Origin: Pyrodictium occultum | GTDB taxonomy: Archaea; Thermoproteota; Thermoprotei_A; Sulfolobales; Pyrodictiaceae | NCBI RefSeq assembly: GCF_001462395.1 | Contig: NZ_LNTB01000001.1 | Span: 120,001-152,000, forward strand | Direction of reading: 5' to 3' | DNA length: 32,000 nt | Shown here: positions 7,752 through 17,411 of the stretch, piece after piece | How the letters are laid out: every line of letters starts with the position of its first letter | How positions within the stretch are numbered: position 1 is the first letter of the stretch | The notes under the pieces: generated by a model | Seen by the model: only the letters and a program-made list of their open reading frames with translations | Database searches by the model: none | Told to the model about the DNA's origin: nothing | Position numbers and translations under genes: made by a program

Positions 7752-8485
7752 AGATAGGCGGCAGCGTGCTCACCGACAAGAAGAGCTTCAGGCTAAACTA
7801 CCGAGTGGTAGACCGCGTGGCCGAGGAGGTGGCAAGGGCGCTAGACGAGGGGACACGCCTCGGGATAGTCCTGGGCGGCGGCAGTTATGGGCACATCACG
7901 GCCCATAATGCTCAAAACCTCGGCGCCCCCGCGGCGGAGGCTCTCTCGCTGGTAGCCATGTACATGCTTGAGCTTGCTATGGGGGTAGCGGATATCCTCT
8001 CCTCCAAGGGGGTTAACCCGCTCATCTACCCTCCTCACAGCTTCTGCAGCCCCGAGGGCCTAGTCCCCCGGTGCAACTGGGCCGGCATAGAGCGTGACAT
8101 GGCCGTAGGCATAACACCTATCGTGTACGGCGACGTATACGCCTGCAGCGGGGGGTGGTGCATAGTATCCGGCGACGAGCTGGCTGTGGAGATGGCCTGC
8201 CGCCTCGGCAGCCCACAGCTGATATATGTCACTGATGTAGACGGTATCCTGGACCCTGGAGGAAGGCTTGTCGAAGAGGCCCGTCTGGAGGAGCTTGAGG
8301 GCCTGACACTGAGGGAGCCTGGGGACAAGGTGGATGTAACGGGCGGCCTTAGGAGGAAGATCAAGGCGGTGAAGGCCAACCGCTGCCCGGGGCTACACGA
8401 GGTGCTCGTGGTGAACGGGCTCCGCCCCGGCAGGATCTACAGCGCCCTCACTGGGCGCGGTGTAGGCACACGCATAATCCTCTAG
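7664..8485 (+). CDS. ipk: Isopentenyl phosphate kinase (amino-acid-kinase fold)
   Basis: VKIGGSVLTDKK, VLGGGSYGH and VSGDELAVEMA...YVTDVDGI are IPK-type motifs. It has the conserved position before IPP isomerase. The real start is probably ATG 7703 (MQAGGRRGRPSGVRVVKIGGS), which still overlaps the upstream ORF by ~49 nt. Confidence 0.85.
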   Translation: MQVDSIASEGIWGMQAGGRRGRPSGVRVVKIGGSVLTDKKSFRLNYRVVDRVAEEVARALDEGTRLGIVLGGGSYGHITAHNAQNLGAPAAEALSLVAMYMLELAMGVADILSSKGVNPLIYPPHSFCSPEGLVPRCNWAGIERDMAVGITPIVYGDVYACSGGWCIVSGDELAVEMACRLGSPQLIYVTDVDGILDPGGRLVEEARLEELEGLTLREPGDKVDVTGGLRRKIKAVKANRCPGLHEVLVVNGLRPGRIYSALTGRGVGTRIIL

Positions 8486-8532
8486 CACCCCGCGGGCCCC
8501 GAGGCCTCTTCAAGGGCTGGTGCACGGGTGGG

Positions 8533-9675
8533 GTGTCGTTGACGGCTACATCGCCCAGGAAGCTCGACCATATAAGGGTCACGGTAGACAGCATTGTAGA
8601 GCACGGCGTAACCACCCTGCTAGAGGAGGTAGAGATAGTCTACAAGGCTCTACCCGAGGCATCGTTAGACGGCATAGACATGGGCTTAAGGTTCCTGGGT
8701 AAGAAGCTCTCAGCACCGCTAATGGTAACGGGCATGACCGGAGGCCACGCCGCGGCTACGCGGATCAACTGCGCCATAGCCAGGGCGGTTGAGGAGCTAG
8801 GCCTAGCCATGGGGGTTGGGAGCCAGAGGGCCGCCATAGAGGACCCGGGTCTCGCGGAAACCTTCTCCATAGCTCGTAGGTGCGCCCCCTCCGCGGTGAT
8901 AGTGGCTAACATAGGTGTGCCGCAGCTGGTGAAGGGGTATGGCGTGGGAGAGGCCAGGAAGGCTATAGAGATGCTGGACGCTGATGCTATAGCAATACAC
9001 CTAAACGCTGCTCAGGAGGCCTTCCAGCCGGAGGGCGATACCGACTACCTGGGAGCGGTGGAGAAGATAAGAGAGCTTGTAGAGAAGCTGGACAAGCCAG
9101 TCATAGTCAAGGAGACGGGCCACGGCATCGGCATGGAGGCTGCCATGCTCCTCCGCTCAGCCGGCGTAAGGATAATAGACGTCTCGGGCGCAGGCGGCAC
9201 AAGCTGGGTCAGGGTGGAGAGCTACCGCGCCCGGGCCAAGGGTGACGAGATCCTAGCTGAGGCGGCGGAGTCCTTCTCCAGCTTCGGCATACCCACCGCG
9301 CAGGCAGTGGTGGAGGCCAGGTGGGCCGCCCCCGACGCCTGCATAATAGCTAGCGGGGGCATACGCTCGGGGCTCGACGCGGCCAAGGCCATAGCGCTCG
9401 GCGCCGACCTGGCCGGCGTAGCCCTCCCCGTGATAAACGCCTACGCTCGGGGCGGCGAGCAGGGGGTGAAGGCACTCCTAGAAAGAATAGTGGCCGAGAT
9501 CCGCGCAGCCATGTTCCTCACCGGGTCACGCAGCCTAGAGGAGCTGCGCAGCACGAGCCTCATCCTTAAACCAGGGCTGCGCAGCATCCTCGAGTCCCGG
9601 GGCGTGGATGTTCAGCTATACCTTAATGGCACCCGGCTACTGTACAAGCCTGGCAGCGGCTGCTCCCCCGTGTAG
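8533..9675 (+). CDS. fni: Isopentenyl-diphosphate delta-isomerase type 2 (FMN-dependent)
   Basis: RKLDHIRV, PLMVTGMTGG, GVGSQRAA, IVKETGHGI, DVSGAGGTSW and ASGGIRSGLDAAKAIALGA are TIM-barrel IDI-2 signatures. Confidence 0.92.
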   Translation: MSLTATSPRKLDHIRVTVDSIVEHGVTTLLEEVEIVYKALPEASLDGIDMGLRFLGKKLSAPLMVTGMTGGHAAATRINCAIARAVEELGLAMGVGSQRAAIEDPGLAETFSIARRCAPSAVIVANIGVPQLVKGYGVGEARKAIEMLDADAIAIHLNAAQEAFQPEGDTDYLGAVEKIRELVEKLDKPVIVKETGHGIGMEAAMLLRSAGVRIIDVSGAGGTSWVRVESYRARAKGDEILAEAAESFSSFGIPTAQAVVEARWAAPDACIIASGGIRSGLDAAKAIALGADLAGVALPVINAYARGGEQGVKALLERIVAEIRAAMFLTGSRSLEELRSTSLILKPGLRSILESRGVDVQLYLNGTRLLYKPGSGCSPV

Positions 9676-9725
9676 TCCGCTGCCGCGAGGCCCCGGTTAG
9701 AGGATGCTAGGCGAGGTCGAATGCC

Positions 9726-10730
9726 TTGCCCCAGCTGTCCGAGAGGCTTAGAAACTACATAGCTAGGGTAGCAAGCCTGGTCGACGGCTACATATACGCC
9801 CGGGTCTACGGCGAGCCGGAGGACCTATACAACGCGGCACTCCACCTGATACGAGCCGGCGGGAAGAGGCTACGCCCAGTAATAGTGGTGGCTGTCGCCG
9901 AGGCTCTGGGGGAAGAGGCTGAGAAGGCTCTACCCTTCGCAGCCTCGGTAGAGCTAGTGCATAACTTTACCCTCATCCACGACGATATAATGGACCGGGA
10001 CGAGTTCCGCCGCGGGGTGCCCACAGTCCACAAGCTGTGGGGGGAGCCGCTAGCGATAACTGCGGGCGACCTCCTCTACGCTAAGGCCTTCGAGACGCTC
10101 ATAGACGCCCGTGGCAGAGGGGTCCCGGCCGAACGAGTGGCGAGAGCCGTCCAGGTGCTAGCCAGGGCCTCGTCAACGATAGCGGAGGGCCAGGCCATGG
10201 ACATAATGTTTGAGGAAGAGGAGGAGGTAGATGTAGAGGACTACCTGAAGATGATACACAAGAAGACTGGCGCCCTCTTCGAGGCCTCGGCGGTCCTCGG
10301 CGGGCTTGTGGCGACAGACAACGAGGATATCCTCGCCTCCCTCGCGAGCTACGGCAAGAGTCTTGGCATAGCGTTCCAGATAAGAGACGATATACTGGGC
10401 ATTATAGGCGACGAGAAAGAGCTGGGTAAGCCCGTTGGAAGCGATATAAGGAAGGGCAAGAAGACCCTCCCCATAATCTATGCCCTCTCCCGCCTCGAGG
10501 GGGAGGCGAGGGAGAAGCTCTTCTCCGTGCTCGGGAACAACGAGGCCACGAGGAAGGAGCTGGAGGAGGCTGCCAGGCTCATACGGGAGAGCGGCGCCAT
10601 AGACTATGCGGAGAAGCTAGCAAGCCGCTATAGCGAGCAAGCTCTATCAGCGCTCCGCGTGCTCCCCCAAAACGAGTACCGGGAGATGCTTGAGGAGCTC
10701 GCAAGCTTCGCCGTCTCCAGAACGAGGTAG
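9726..10730 (+). CDS. idsA: Geranylgeranyl diphosphate synthase (trans-prenyltransferase)
   Basis: GGKRLRP, the first Asp-rich motif LIHDDIMDRDEFRRG, GQAMD, KTGALF and the second motif FQIRDDILG are present. Confidence 0.9.
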   Translation: MPQLSERLRNYIARVASLVDGYIYARVYGEPEDLYNAALHLIRAGGKRLRPVIVVAVAEALGEEAEKALPFAASVELVHNFTLIHDDIMDRDEFRRGVPTVHKLWGEPLAITAGDLLYAKAFETLIDARGRGVPAERVARAVQVLARASSTIAEGQAMDIMFEEEEEVDVEDYLKMIHKKTGALFEASAVLGGLVATDNEDILASLASYGKSLGIAFQIRDDILGIIGDEKELGKPVGSDIRKGKKTLPIIYALSRLEGEAREKLFSVLGNNEATRKELEEAARLIRESGAIDYAEKLASRYSEQALSALRVLPQNEYREMLEELASFAVSRTR

Positions 10731-10737
10731 TGTCGGC

Positions 10738-11250
10738 GTGCCGGGGGACGATAGCTGCCACAAGTACCCCTACCTTATACCCCAGCTCTTTATCGAGGGG
10801 CTCGAGTCCAGCGACTACCTTGTGCTGAGGAACGGTGTAGCTCAGCGCTCCAGGGGCTGCCCGGAGGGCGAGAGGTGCTTCGGCAAGGCCATCTACGGCG
10901 TGGAGCTGGAGAGTATAGTGGACCTGGTGGCCAAGAAGTCCAGGAGGAGCTTCATAGTGGTGCTCCCCCGGGAGTACCGGAGAGGCCTGCTAGTCGAGGC
11001 AGGCAGCCCCGTGGAGCCTATACCCTTGGAGGGTATGCGTGTAGTTCTCGAGGTATGCGAGGGCAGTAGGGTCGGTGTGCAGAGCACCCTGGGCTTCATA
11101 GCCACTAGGAAGCTGGAGGTACGCCGTATTCGCAGCCACGTGAAGGGTGTCGTCGTCTATATCTACTCTTCCCCTGAGGCAGGGCCTGATAAGAACATAG
11201 TGCTGGTAGCCCCCGAGGAGGTGGTGAAGGAGATTGACGTACAATCCTGA
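10738..11250 (+). CDS. Conserved hypothetical protein with a possible lipoyl/hybrid-barrel-like C-terminal half
   Basis: The track ORF starts at 10690 inside idsA. GTG 10738, just after the idsA stop, is more plausible. The C-terminal pattern GSRVGVQSTLGFIATRKLEVRRIRSHVKGVVVYI resembles single-hybrid-motif barrels, but the similarity is weak. Coding looks real from codon usage and tight packing, and the 3' end overlaps the gltX start by 17 nt. Confidence 0.5.
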   Translation: MPGDDSCHKYPYLIPQLFIEGLESSDYLVLRNGVAQRSRGCPEGERCFGKAIYGVELESIVDLVAKKSRRSFIVVLPREYRRGLLVEAGSPVEPIPLEGMRVVLEVCEGSRVGVQSTLGFIATRKLEVRRIRSHVKGVVVYIYSSPEAGPDKNIVLVAPEEVVKEIDVQS

Positions 11251-13009
11251 CGAGGTGCGCGAGCTGGCGAGGGCGTACGCGCTGCTCAACGCGGTAGAGC
11301 ATGGGGGGAGAGCGGCAGTAGGCCCGGTAATGGGCAAGATTATGGCTGAACGGCCCGACTTGAGGGCTCACGCTAGGGAGATAGCCGGCATAGTCCGCGA
11401 GATAGTTGCAGAGGTAAATAAGCTGCCTCTCGAGGAGCAGAAAAGGCTGCTGGAGGAACACTATAGCTGGGTTAAGGAGAGGCTTGCGAAGCCGAGAGAG
11501 CAGGAGAGGGGCCTGCCACCGCTCCCCGGCGCCGAGGAGGGTAAGGTTGTAACACGCTTCGCCCCTAACCCGGACTTCATAATACACTTGGGCAACGCTA
11601 GACCAGCAATACTGAGCTACGAGTACAAGGTCATGTACAAGGGCAGGATGATTCTCCGCTTCGAGGATACAGATCCAAGGACCAAGACACCGCTCCCGGA
11701 GGCCTACGAGCTCATAAAGCAGGATCTCAAGTGGCTCGGCGTCAGGTGGGACGAGGAATACATACAGAGCCTGCGCATCCCGATATACTACCAGGTTGCC
11801 AGGCAGCTGCTTGAGAAGGGCCACGCCTACGTCGATGATAGGCCCGCGGAGGAGTTTCGCCGGTACCGTGACGCTGGTAAGCTGGCGGAGTATCCTCCCA
11901 GGCTGAGGGCGCCGGAGGAGAACCTAGAGCTATGGGACAGGATGCTGGAGGGCTGGCTCTCCGAGGGCGAGGCTGTGGTCAGGATTAAGACGGACCCACG
12001 CCATCCAGACCCCAGCGTGAGAGACTGGGTAGCCCTCCGCATTATAGATACTAGCCGCCACCCTCACCCCCTCGTGGGGGACCGCTACGTTGTGTGGCCC
12101 ACTTACAACCTGGCAGCGGCAGTAGATGACCACATGATGGGTGTCACTCACATACTGAGGGCCAAGGAGCATATGCAGAACACTATCAAGCAGAAATACA
12201 TATACGGCTACATGGGCTGGAAGTACCCGAACGTCATTCACTTTGGTAGGCTGAAGCTGGAAGGCTTCATAATGAGCAAGTCTACACTTAAGAGGCTTCT
12301 CGACCAGGGTATAGGAGCCGGTCTTGACGACCCCAGGTTCGCCACTATAGCGGGGCTCCGGAGGCGCGGCATAACAGCCGAGGCCATAAGGAGGGTTATA
12401 CTCGACGTAGGCGTCAAGTACACGGATGCGAGCATCAGCTACGCTAACCTAGCCGCCGTCAACCGGGCTATAGTGGACCCGGCAGCCCGCAGGATCATGG
12501 CGGCCATACCCCCGCTGCCCCTCGTTGTAAATGATATACCCTGGGAGGAGCGCTGGCTCGAGATACCCTACCACCCATCCGGCAAGCTGGGATCGAGGAG
12601 GATACTGGTGAAGGGTCCATCCACGACCATATATGTGTCGCGGAGCGACCGAGGTCTACTGGAGCCGGGAAGAGTAGTGAGGCTGATGGAGGCCTTTAAC
12701 ATCGAGGTTGTGGATGCATCGGAGAGCCGCGTGGTGGCCAGGTTCCATAGCATGGGCCTCGAGGAGGCCAGGAAGCACCAGGCTCCAATAATCCAGTGGG
12801 TTCCCGGAGACGCTGCACTCCAGCTGGAGCTGCTAGTCCCCGAGGGGCTTGACCTGGTGCAGCGCCGCGGCCTCGTCGAGGCAGCGGCGGCGGAGCTGAG
12901 GCCTGGGGAGGTAGTGCAGCTTGTCCGCATGGGCTTTGCCCGCGTCGACGCGCTTGAGACGGAGGACGGCTCTGCAAGGAAAATAGTAGCTATATTTGCC
13001 CACGAGTAG
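11234..13009 (+). CDS. gltX: Glutamyl-tRNA synthetase, archaeal type
   Basis: It has the archaeal N-terminal helical module (YALLNAVEHGGRAAVGPVMGKIM). The class I core reads RFAPNPDFIIHLGNARPA (HIGH position reads HLGN), ILRFEDTDPR and the KMSKS position IMSKS. The product is 591 aa. Confidence 0.9.
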   Translation: MTYNPDEVRELARAYALLNAVEHGGRAAVGPVMGKIMAERPDLRAHAREIAGIVREIVAEVNKLPLEEQKRLLEEHYSWVKERLAKPREQERGLPPLPGAEEGKVVTRFAPNPDFIIHLGNARPAILSYEYKVMYKGRMILRFEDTDPRTKTPLPEAYELIKQDLKWLGVRWDEEYIQSLRIPIYYQVARQLLEKGHAYVDDRPAEEFRRYRDAGKLAEYPPRLRAPEENLELWDRMLEGWLSEGEAVVRIKTDPRHPDPSVRDWVALRIIDTSRHPHPLVGDRYVVWPTYNLAAAVDDHMMGVTHILRAKEHMQNTIKQKYIYGYMGWKYPNVIHFGRLKLEGFIMSKSTLKRLLDQGIGAGLDDPRFATIAGLRRRGITAEAIRRVILDVGVKYTDASISYANLAAVNRAIVDPAARRIMAAIPPLPLVVNDIPWEERWLEIPYHPSGKLGSRRILVKGPSTTIYVSRSDRGLLEPGRVVRLMEAFNIEVVDASESRVVARFHSMGLEEARKHQAPIIQWVPGDAALQLELLVPEGLDLVQRRGLVEAAAAELRPGEVVQLVRMGFARVDALETEDGSARKIVAIFAHE

Positions 13010-13106
13010 CCCCCCTTGCGGCATCCCCGCTAGTTTTGTAAACCCGAGACGAGGCGGTGGCCTGGAAGCGGAGCCGGCGACGACCGGCACGGGAGGAGGA
13101 TGAGCC

Positions 13107-13487
13107 ATGAGCAAGCCCTTCTACGTGAGGTTCGAGGTACCCGAGGAGCTAGCCGAGAAAGCCTACCAGGCTCTCGAGATAGCCAGGAAGACCGGCAAGA
13201 TAAAGAAGGGCACCAACGAGACCACCAAGTGTGTCGAGCGCGGCCTAGCCAAGCTGGTGCTGATAGCCGAGGACGTTGACCCGCCGGAGATAGTGGCACA
13301 CCTCCCACTCCTCTGTGAGGAAAAGAAGATACCCTACATCTACGTTCCCAGCAAGAAGAGGCTGGGCGAGGCCGCTGGGATAGAGGTTGCCGCCGCCAGC
13401 GCCTGCATAATAGACCCTGGTGAGGCCAAGAGCCTCGTGGACGAGATAATCAAGGCGGTTAACGAGCTGAAGGCCAAGGCCAGCTAA
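13107..13487 (+). CDS. rpl7ae: 50S ribosomal protein L7Ae (K-turn binding protein)
   Basis: [58 protein letters not shown] is nearly invariant L7Ae sequence. Confidence 0.95.
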   Translation: MSKPFYVRFEVPEELAEKAYQALEIARKTGKIKKGTNETTKCVERGLAKLVLIAEDVDPPEIVAHLPLLCEEKKIPYIYVPSKKRLGEAAGIEVAAASACIIDPGEAKSLVDEIIKAVNELKAKAS

Positions 13488-13573
13488 GCCCCCTGGCCCT
13501 CCCTCGGGCCGTAGCCTGCAGCGGTTTTCTCCTCCAGGCCCCTCAGCAGCTCCCTGGTGCAGAGGGCGCATCC

Positions 13574-14359
13574 CTACCTGGCCCTGGTGGTCTCCGGTAT
13601 ACATGTCTCGGCCCTGGCGCTGAAGCCGCACCCGCTGCAGCTGAACCCTATGATGTACTTTGTGCAGTTGGCCAGAGGCTTCACGACCTTATCCTTCACC
13701 GTCTCCCCGCCGCAGGGGCAGGTCTCGAGATCCAGGTAGGCCACTGTCCCCCCAATGGTGGATTCTATTCTCACTCTCGCCTTCATGCCGAGGCTGGTGA
13801 GTTCCTCGGCGACCCAGTTGAAGTAGGCCAGGGTGTGGGGCTTCATGCTGGAGGCCAGCCTCTTGGCCGCGCGGGTGTAGAGTATGTAGTCTGACGCCAC
13901 GGCATAGCTCAGCGACTCCAAAGCAGCCTGAAGCAGGGCTTCGAGAGAGGCTGCATATCCCGTCGATATATTGAATAGAGTGAACGCGCCTATATGGGCA
14001 AGCGCGTCCGCATCTAGGATGATCATTGCGTACTGCGAGCTAGGAGAGCGCAGGTAAGCCTCCTCTGCCTCCTCGACAGCCCCGCGGACGTGATGGGCTA
14101 TGTGCTGTGGCAAACCCGCCTTAAGCACTTCTTCGGCCCCCTTCTTGTAGGCCAGCGCTGCAGCAGCTGCTGTCTCCTCACTGCAGCCTTCCAGCCTGCA
14201 GAGCCTGGCGGCGTAGAACGCTGCTAGGATAGCGTGAGGGCTAGCCCCTTCCAGCAGCCTGCTGGAGGCGGCACGAGGGATTCTGGAGAGGAGGGCCTCC
14301 ACCGCCTCGCGCGCCACTGCGCAGCCCCTCCAGGCCGCGGGCCCCTTGGAGGAGGGCAT
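13574..14359 (-). CDS. Hypothetical protein: alanine-rich helical domain plus a C-terminal Cys4 zinc ribbon
   Basis: The 261-aa ORF is convergent with rpl7ae. Its C-terminus has CPCGG...(24 aa)...CSGCG. The helical part has His/Asp patches (HIAHHVRG, ILDADALAHIGA) faintly reminiscent of HD-type hydrolases, but it has no HD dyad. The start is uncertain, because the ATG abuts the S28e TATA-like box. Confidence 0.5.
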   Translation of the reverse strand: MPSSKGPAAWRGCAVAREAVEALLSRIPRAASSRLLEGASPHAILAAFYAARLCRLEGCSEETAAAAALAYKKGAEEVLKAGLPQHIAHHVRGAVEEAEEAYLRSPSSQYAMIILDADALAHIGAFTLFNISTGYAASLEALLQAALESLSYAVASDYILYTRAAKRLASSMKPHTLAYFNWVAEELTSLGMKARVRIESTIGGTVAYLDLETCPCGGETVKDKVVKPLANCTKYIIGFSCSGCGFSARAETCIPETTRAR

Positions 14360-14411
14360 CTTGTTTTATAGCCCGGTATCCACTCACGGGGGCTCCGCGG
14401 GGTAGCCCAGG

Positions 14412-14666
14412 TTGAGCCAGCGCAGTGACAAGAGCAGGGACTTCAACATTATAGAGGAGATAGGATTCCCGGCGGAGGTCATACAGATCATAGGCCGTAC
14501 CGGCGTGCACGGCGAGGTAATACAGGTACGCGTGAGGGTCCTCGAGGGCCGTGACAAGGGCCGCGTGCTGACCCGCAACGTGCTAGGCCCGGTGAGGCTA
14601 GGCGACATAGTCATACTCCGCGAGACCGAGCGCGAGGCCAGGAGGCTAGGAAGGAGAAGGAGGTAG
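14412..14666 (+). CDS. rps28e: 30S ribosomal protein S28e (eS28)
   Basis: [60 protein letters not shown] is canonical S28e. It has a TTG start, and a TATA-like GTTTTATAG lies at 14363-14371. Confidence 0.92.
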   Translation: MSQRSDKSRDFNIIEEIGFPAEVIQIIGRTGVHGEVIQVRVRVLEGRDKGRVLTRNVLGPVRLGDIVILRETEREARRLGRRRR

Positions 14667-14707
14667 TAGATGAGAAGCAGGGGCCAAGCCAGCCCAGGTC
14701 CCTGGAG

Positions 14708-14905
14708 GTGTTCAATGGCATGCCGGCCGTCCACACCTGCACATACTGTGGCCGCGAGATAGAGCCGGGCACTGGCCTAATGTACGTGAGGAATGATGGC
14801 ACTGTGTTCTGGTTCTGCAGCAGTAAGTGCTTCAAGCTCTGGAGGATGGGCCGCGATCCCCGCCGGCTCAAGTGGACTAGGCGCTATACTAGGCTCCGCC
14901 ACTAG
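14708..14905 (+). CDS. rpl24e: 50S ribosomal protein L24e (eL24)
   Basis: [33 protein letters not shown] is the L24e zinc ribbon. The likely start is ATG 14720 (MPAVHTC...). Confidence 0.92.
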   Translation: MFNGMPAVHTCTYCGREIEPGTGLMYVRNDGTVFWFCSSKCFKLWRMGRDPRRLKWTRRYTRLRH

Positions 14906-14953
14906 CCATCCCGGGTTTTTCCCCGCCCGTGACGGGGCTCCTCGCCGTTCATG

Positions 14954-15823
14954 TCACTTCATGCCGGCTATCGCTAGGGCTGCGGCCACGAGCGCTCCCC
15001 CCAGGAGCAGCCGCCTCTCCACCCTCTCGCTGGCTAGAGGCGCTGCTAGAGCCTGGCTGGCCACCGGCGTCATAGCTATGCCTAGGGCGACGAGGCTCGC
15101 CGGCATAAGCGTCAAGGCCTCCAGGAAGGCTAGCGCGCCAACCACGTAGCCTAGCAGAGAGCTCAGCACGATCTCCCCCGCCACCCTCCCGGCCCCGCGC
15201 CAGGAGAGCATGGGGGGCAGGAGGACCAGTGTAGTGAACACGGCGCGGGCGCTGGCCACGCTGAGGTAGCCAGCTCTCGAGAGGGCAACCTGGTAGGCGT
15301 ACATGCTTCCGCCCCAGACTAGCGAGGTAGCCACAGCGGCTGCAAGGGCTGCCAGCCGCCTGTTCCTCGAGCCACCCGTCCTCCCGCCCTCGCTTGTAGA
15401 GACGATCCACACCCCTGCGACGGCCAGCACGGCCGCCAGCAGGACCTGGGGCCCCGCGACCCCCCGGAGGTAGTCGTAAGCCCCGGTCCATATGACGAAG
15501 AGGTAGGATACGGGCATCGCTACGCTAGCCCCTACCCCGCTCACGCTGTAGACGAAGAGGCTATCGCCCAGCACTGTGGCGACTACCCCTCCAAGCCACA
15601 CGCCTAGCTCGAACATGGGGTCGAGCCAGGGCGTCTTCAAGGGAAAACGCTCGTATATATAAGCGGGAGGTATAGTGGCCGCAGCTGCTATGAGCATGCG
15701 CCACCCGTTGAAGGCTAGTGGGTCGATGTGGCCTAGCTTGGCGGCAGCCCTGCTCACTATTACCGGGGCCAGGCTCCAGGCGGCGACGGTCACAGCTATC
15801 GCTGCTAGCCCTGCCGCCTCCAT
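14954..15823 (-). CDS. EamA/DMT-family permease
   Basis: The 289-aa protein is strongly hydrophobic, with about 10 predicted helices arranged as two similar halves. Its Gly/Ala-rich helices are typical of drug/metabolite transporter proteins. Confidence 0.7.
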   Translation of the reverse strand: MEAAGLAAIAVTVAAWSLAPVIVSRAAAKLGHIDPLAFNGWRMLIAAAATIPPAYIYERFPLKTPWLDPMFELGVWLGGVVATVLGDSLFVYSVSGVGASVAMPVSYLFVIWTGAYDYLRGVAGPQVLLAAVLAVAGVWIVSTSEGGRTGGSRNRRLAALAAAVATSLVWGGSMYAYQVALSRAGYLSVASARAVFTTLVLLPPMLSWRGAGRVAGEIVLSSLLGYVVGALAFLEALTLMPASLVALGIAMTPVASQALAAPLASERVERRLLLGGALVAAALAIAGMK

Positions 15824-15871
15824 GGGCCTAGCACCGCTGTGCAGCCCCAGGGCCCGGGTATAGGCGCCGTG

Positions 15872-16822
15872 CTAGCCCTGCCCCCTTCTAGCCAGCCTGG
15901 CCAGGAACCCCGCTATCGACGGGTAGTCCTCCTCGCCGTAGCCCATCATGTCCATAAGCGCGTAGTGATCTGCAACCGCCGCGGCTACGCCGCCGGGCAG
16001 GCCTGCTGCGGAGAGAGCTTCGAAGGCGTACCTGGCATCCTTCCCGGCCAGCTTGGCGGTGAAGCTGGCCTCGCCGCGGGGCCAGAGTCTCTCCCCGTAC
16101 CTCTCAATAATGGTCTTCAGCCAGGTCCTTCCGAGCACCTCCCTGACGAGGACCTCCGCGCCCACCCCGTAGGCCTCTGCGAGGGCGAAGGCCTCGCCGA
16201 GCCCGGCCACTATGGAGAGGAAGGAGAGGTTGAAGGCGAGCTTGGCGGCCGAGGCCCGGGGAGGCTCCCCGAGGTACACCACCTCGCCGAGATCGTGGAG
16301 GTGTGGCGCGCCGCAAGCCTCGCTGGAGCGGGAGCCGCAGAGTACAACCAGCCTCCCCTCCAACGCGTTGCGGGGGCCGCCGGCCACCGGCGCCTCGGCG
16401 TAGACGCCCCCGGTCCTCGAGACCAGGCTCTCCGCCGCGAGACTGTGCCCGGGTGTGACGGTGGTGTGGTTATACACGATCCTCCCGTCCAGGGGGCCGC
16501 TGGCCACACCCCTCTCCCCGGCTAGCACCTGGAGCGAGGCCTCGTCGTCGGAGACCACTATGTGCACGTAGCTGCACTGCTCGGCGGCCTCCCTGGGGGA
16601 GGACGCGACCCGGGCCCCTATCTCCCCGGCCAGCGCCTGGGCCCTGCCGGGGGTACGGTTCCACAGTACCAGCCGGTGGCCCCTGGAGGCGAGCCTTCTC
16701 GCGATAGCCGAGCCTAGGCGTCCAGTGCCAAGGACAGCTATGCAGCCGGTCACGGCCGGCCCCGGGGAGGAGCTGCGTGGGCTAGGAGCGTCCTTCTTAT
16801 AGCCCCTGGCGGCCACCGCCAC
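15872..16822 (-). CDS. NAD(P)-dependent beta-hydroxyacid dehydrogenase family protein (3-hydroxyisobutyrate / 6-phosphogluconate dehydrogenase-like)
   Basis: It has the Rossmann N-terminus [25 protein letters not shown] followed by a helical C-terminal domain ([29 protein letters not shown]). GTG 16753 ([11 protein letters not shown]) is a likely true start. Confidence 0.75.
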   Translation of the reverse strand: MAVAARGYKKDAPSPRSSSPGPAVTGCIAVLGTGRLGSAIARRLASRGHRLVLWNRTPGRAQALAGEIGARVASSPREAAEQCSYVHIVVSDDEASLQVLAGERGVASGPLDGRIVYNHTTVTPGHSLAAESLVSRTGGVYAEAPVAGGPRNALEGRLVVLCGSRSSEACGAPHLHDLGEVVYLGEPPRASAAKLAFNLSFLSIVAGLGEAFALAEAYGVGAEVLVREVLGRTWLKTIIERYGERLWPRGEASFTAKLAGKDARYAFEALSAAGLPGGVAAAVADHYALMDMMGYGEEDYPSIAGFLARLARRGQG

Positions 16823-16827
16823 CCTGC

Positions 16828-17292
16828 ATGAACGAGCAGGGCAGCTGGCGGAGGCGCCCAGCCTTGGCGGTGGAGCGCACCTTCGTAATGATAAAGCCTG
16901 ACGGCGTCAAGAGGGGCCTAGTCGGGGAGATAATATCCAGGTTCGAGAGGAAGGGCCTCAAGATAAAGGCGCTGAAGATGAAGTGGCTCACCAGGGAGGA
17001 GGCGGAGAAGCTCTACGAGGTACACAGGGGCAAGCCGTTCTTCGAGGAGCTCGTGGACTTCATAACAAGCGGCCCTGTGGTGGCTATGATACTCGAGGGC
17101 GACAGCGCTGTTGAGGTTGTGAGGCTTATGATAGGGCCCACCGACGGCAGGAAGGCTCCGCCAGGCACCATACGTGGGGACTTCGCCCTCGACATAGGAG
17201 CCAACGTGATCCATGCCAGCGATAGCAGGGAATCCTTCGAACGCGAGTACAAAGTGTTCTTCAGCGACGAGGAGATAGTAGGCGACTACTAG
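16828..17292 (+). CDS. ndk: Nucleoside diphosphate kinase
   Basis: [47 protein letters not shown] and NVIHASDS (catalytic His) are present. A TATA-like TTCTTATAG at 16794-16802 fits a leaderless ATG 16828. GTG 16870 is an alternative start. Confidence 0.93.
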   Translation: MNEQGSWRRRPALAVERTFVMIKPDGVKRGLVGEIISRFERKGLKIKALKMKWLTREEAEKLYEVHRGKPFFEELVDFITSGPVVAMILEGDSAVEVVRLMIGPTDGRKAPPGTIRGDFALDIGANVIHASDSRESFEREYKVFFSDEEIVGDY

Positions 17293-17411
17293 ACCCCCAG
17301 CCCTATTTACCCCGCAGCTCTATCTATGCCGCCGGCTCAGTTTGCTCCTCTCAGGGCTCCCTGGGGAGCCGGAACATCAATTTAGACTCTAGCGGCCACG
17401 TCGCCCTGAGG

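Noticed and set aside
11560-11600. The GluRS HIGH motif reads HLGN instead of HIGH.
   Set aside because: The surrounding block (RFAPNPDFIIHLGNARPA) looks like the normal crenarchaeal variant of this class I signature as far as I recall, and the KMSKS-type IMSKS motif is intact. It is probably lineage-typical rather than anomalous.
13043-13106. I looked for an autoregulatory K-turn in the rpl7ae 5' leader, as described for some archaeal L7Ae mRNAs.
   Set aside because: The leader has a hairpin GCCGG-CGACGA-CCGGC and a GGATGAGCC segment near the ATG. I could not build a convincing C-helix / 3-nt bulge / tandem G.A arrangement by eye. The question stays open for a proper motif search.
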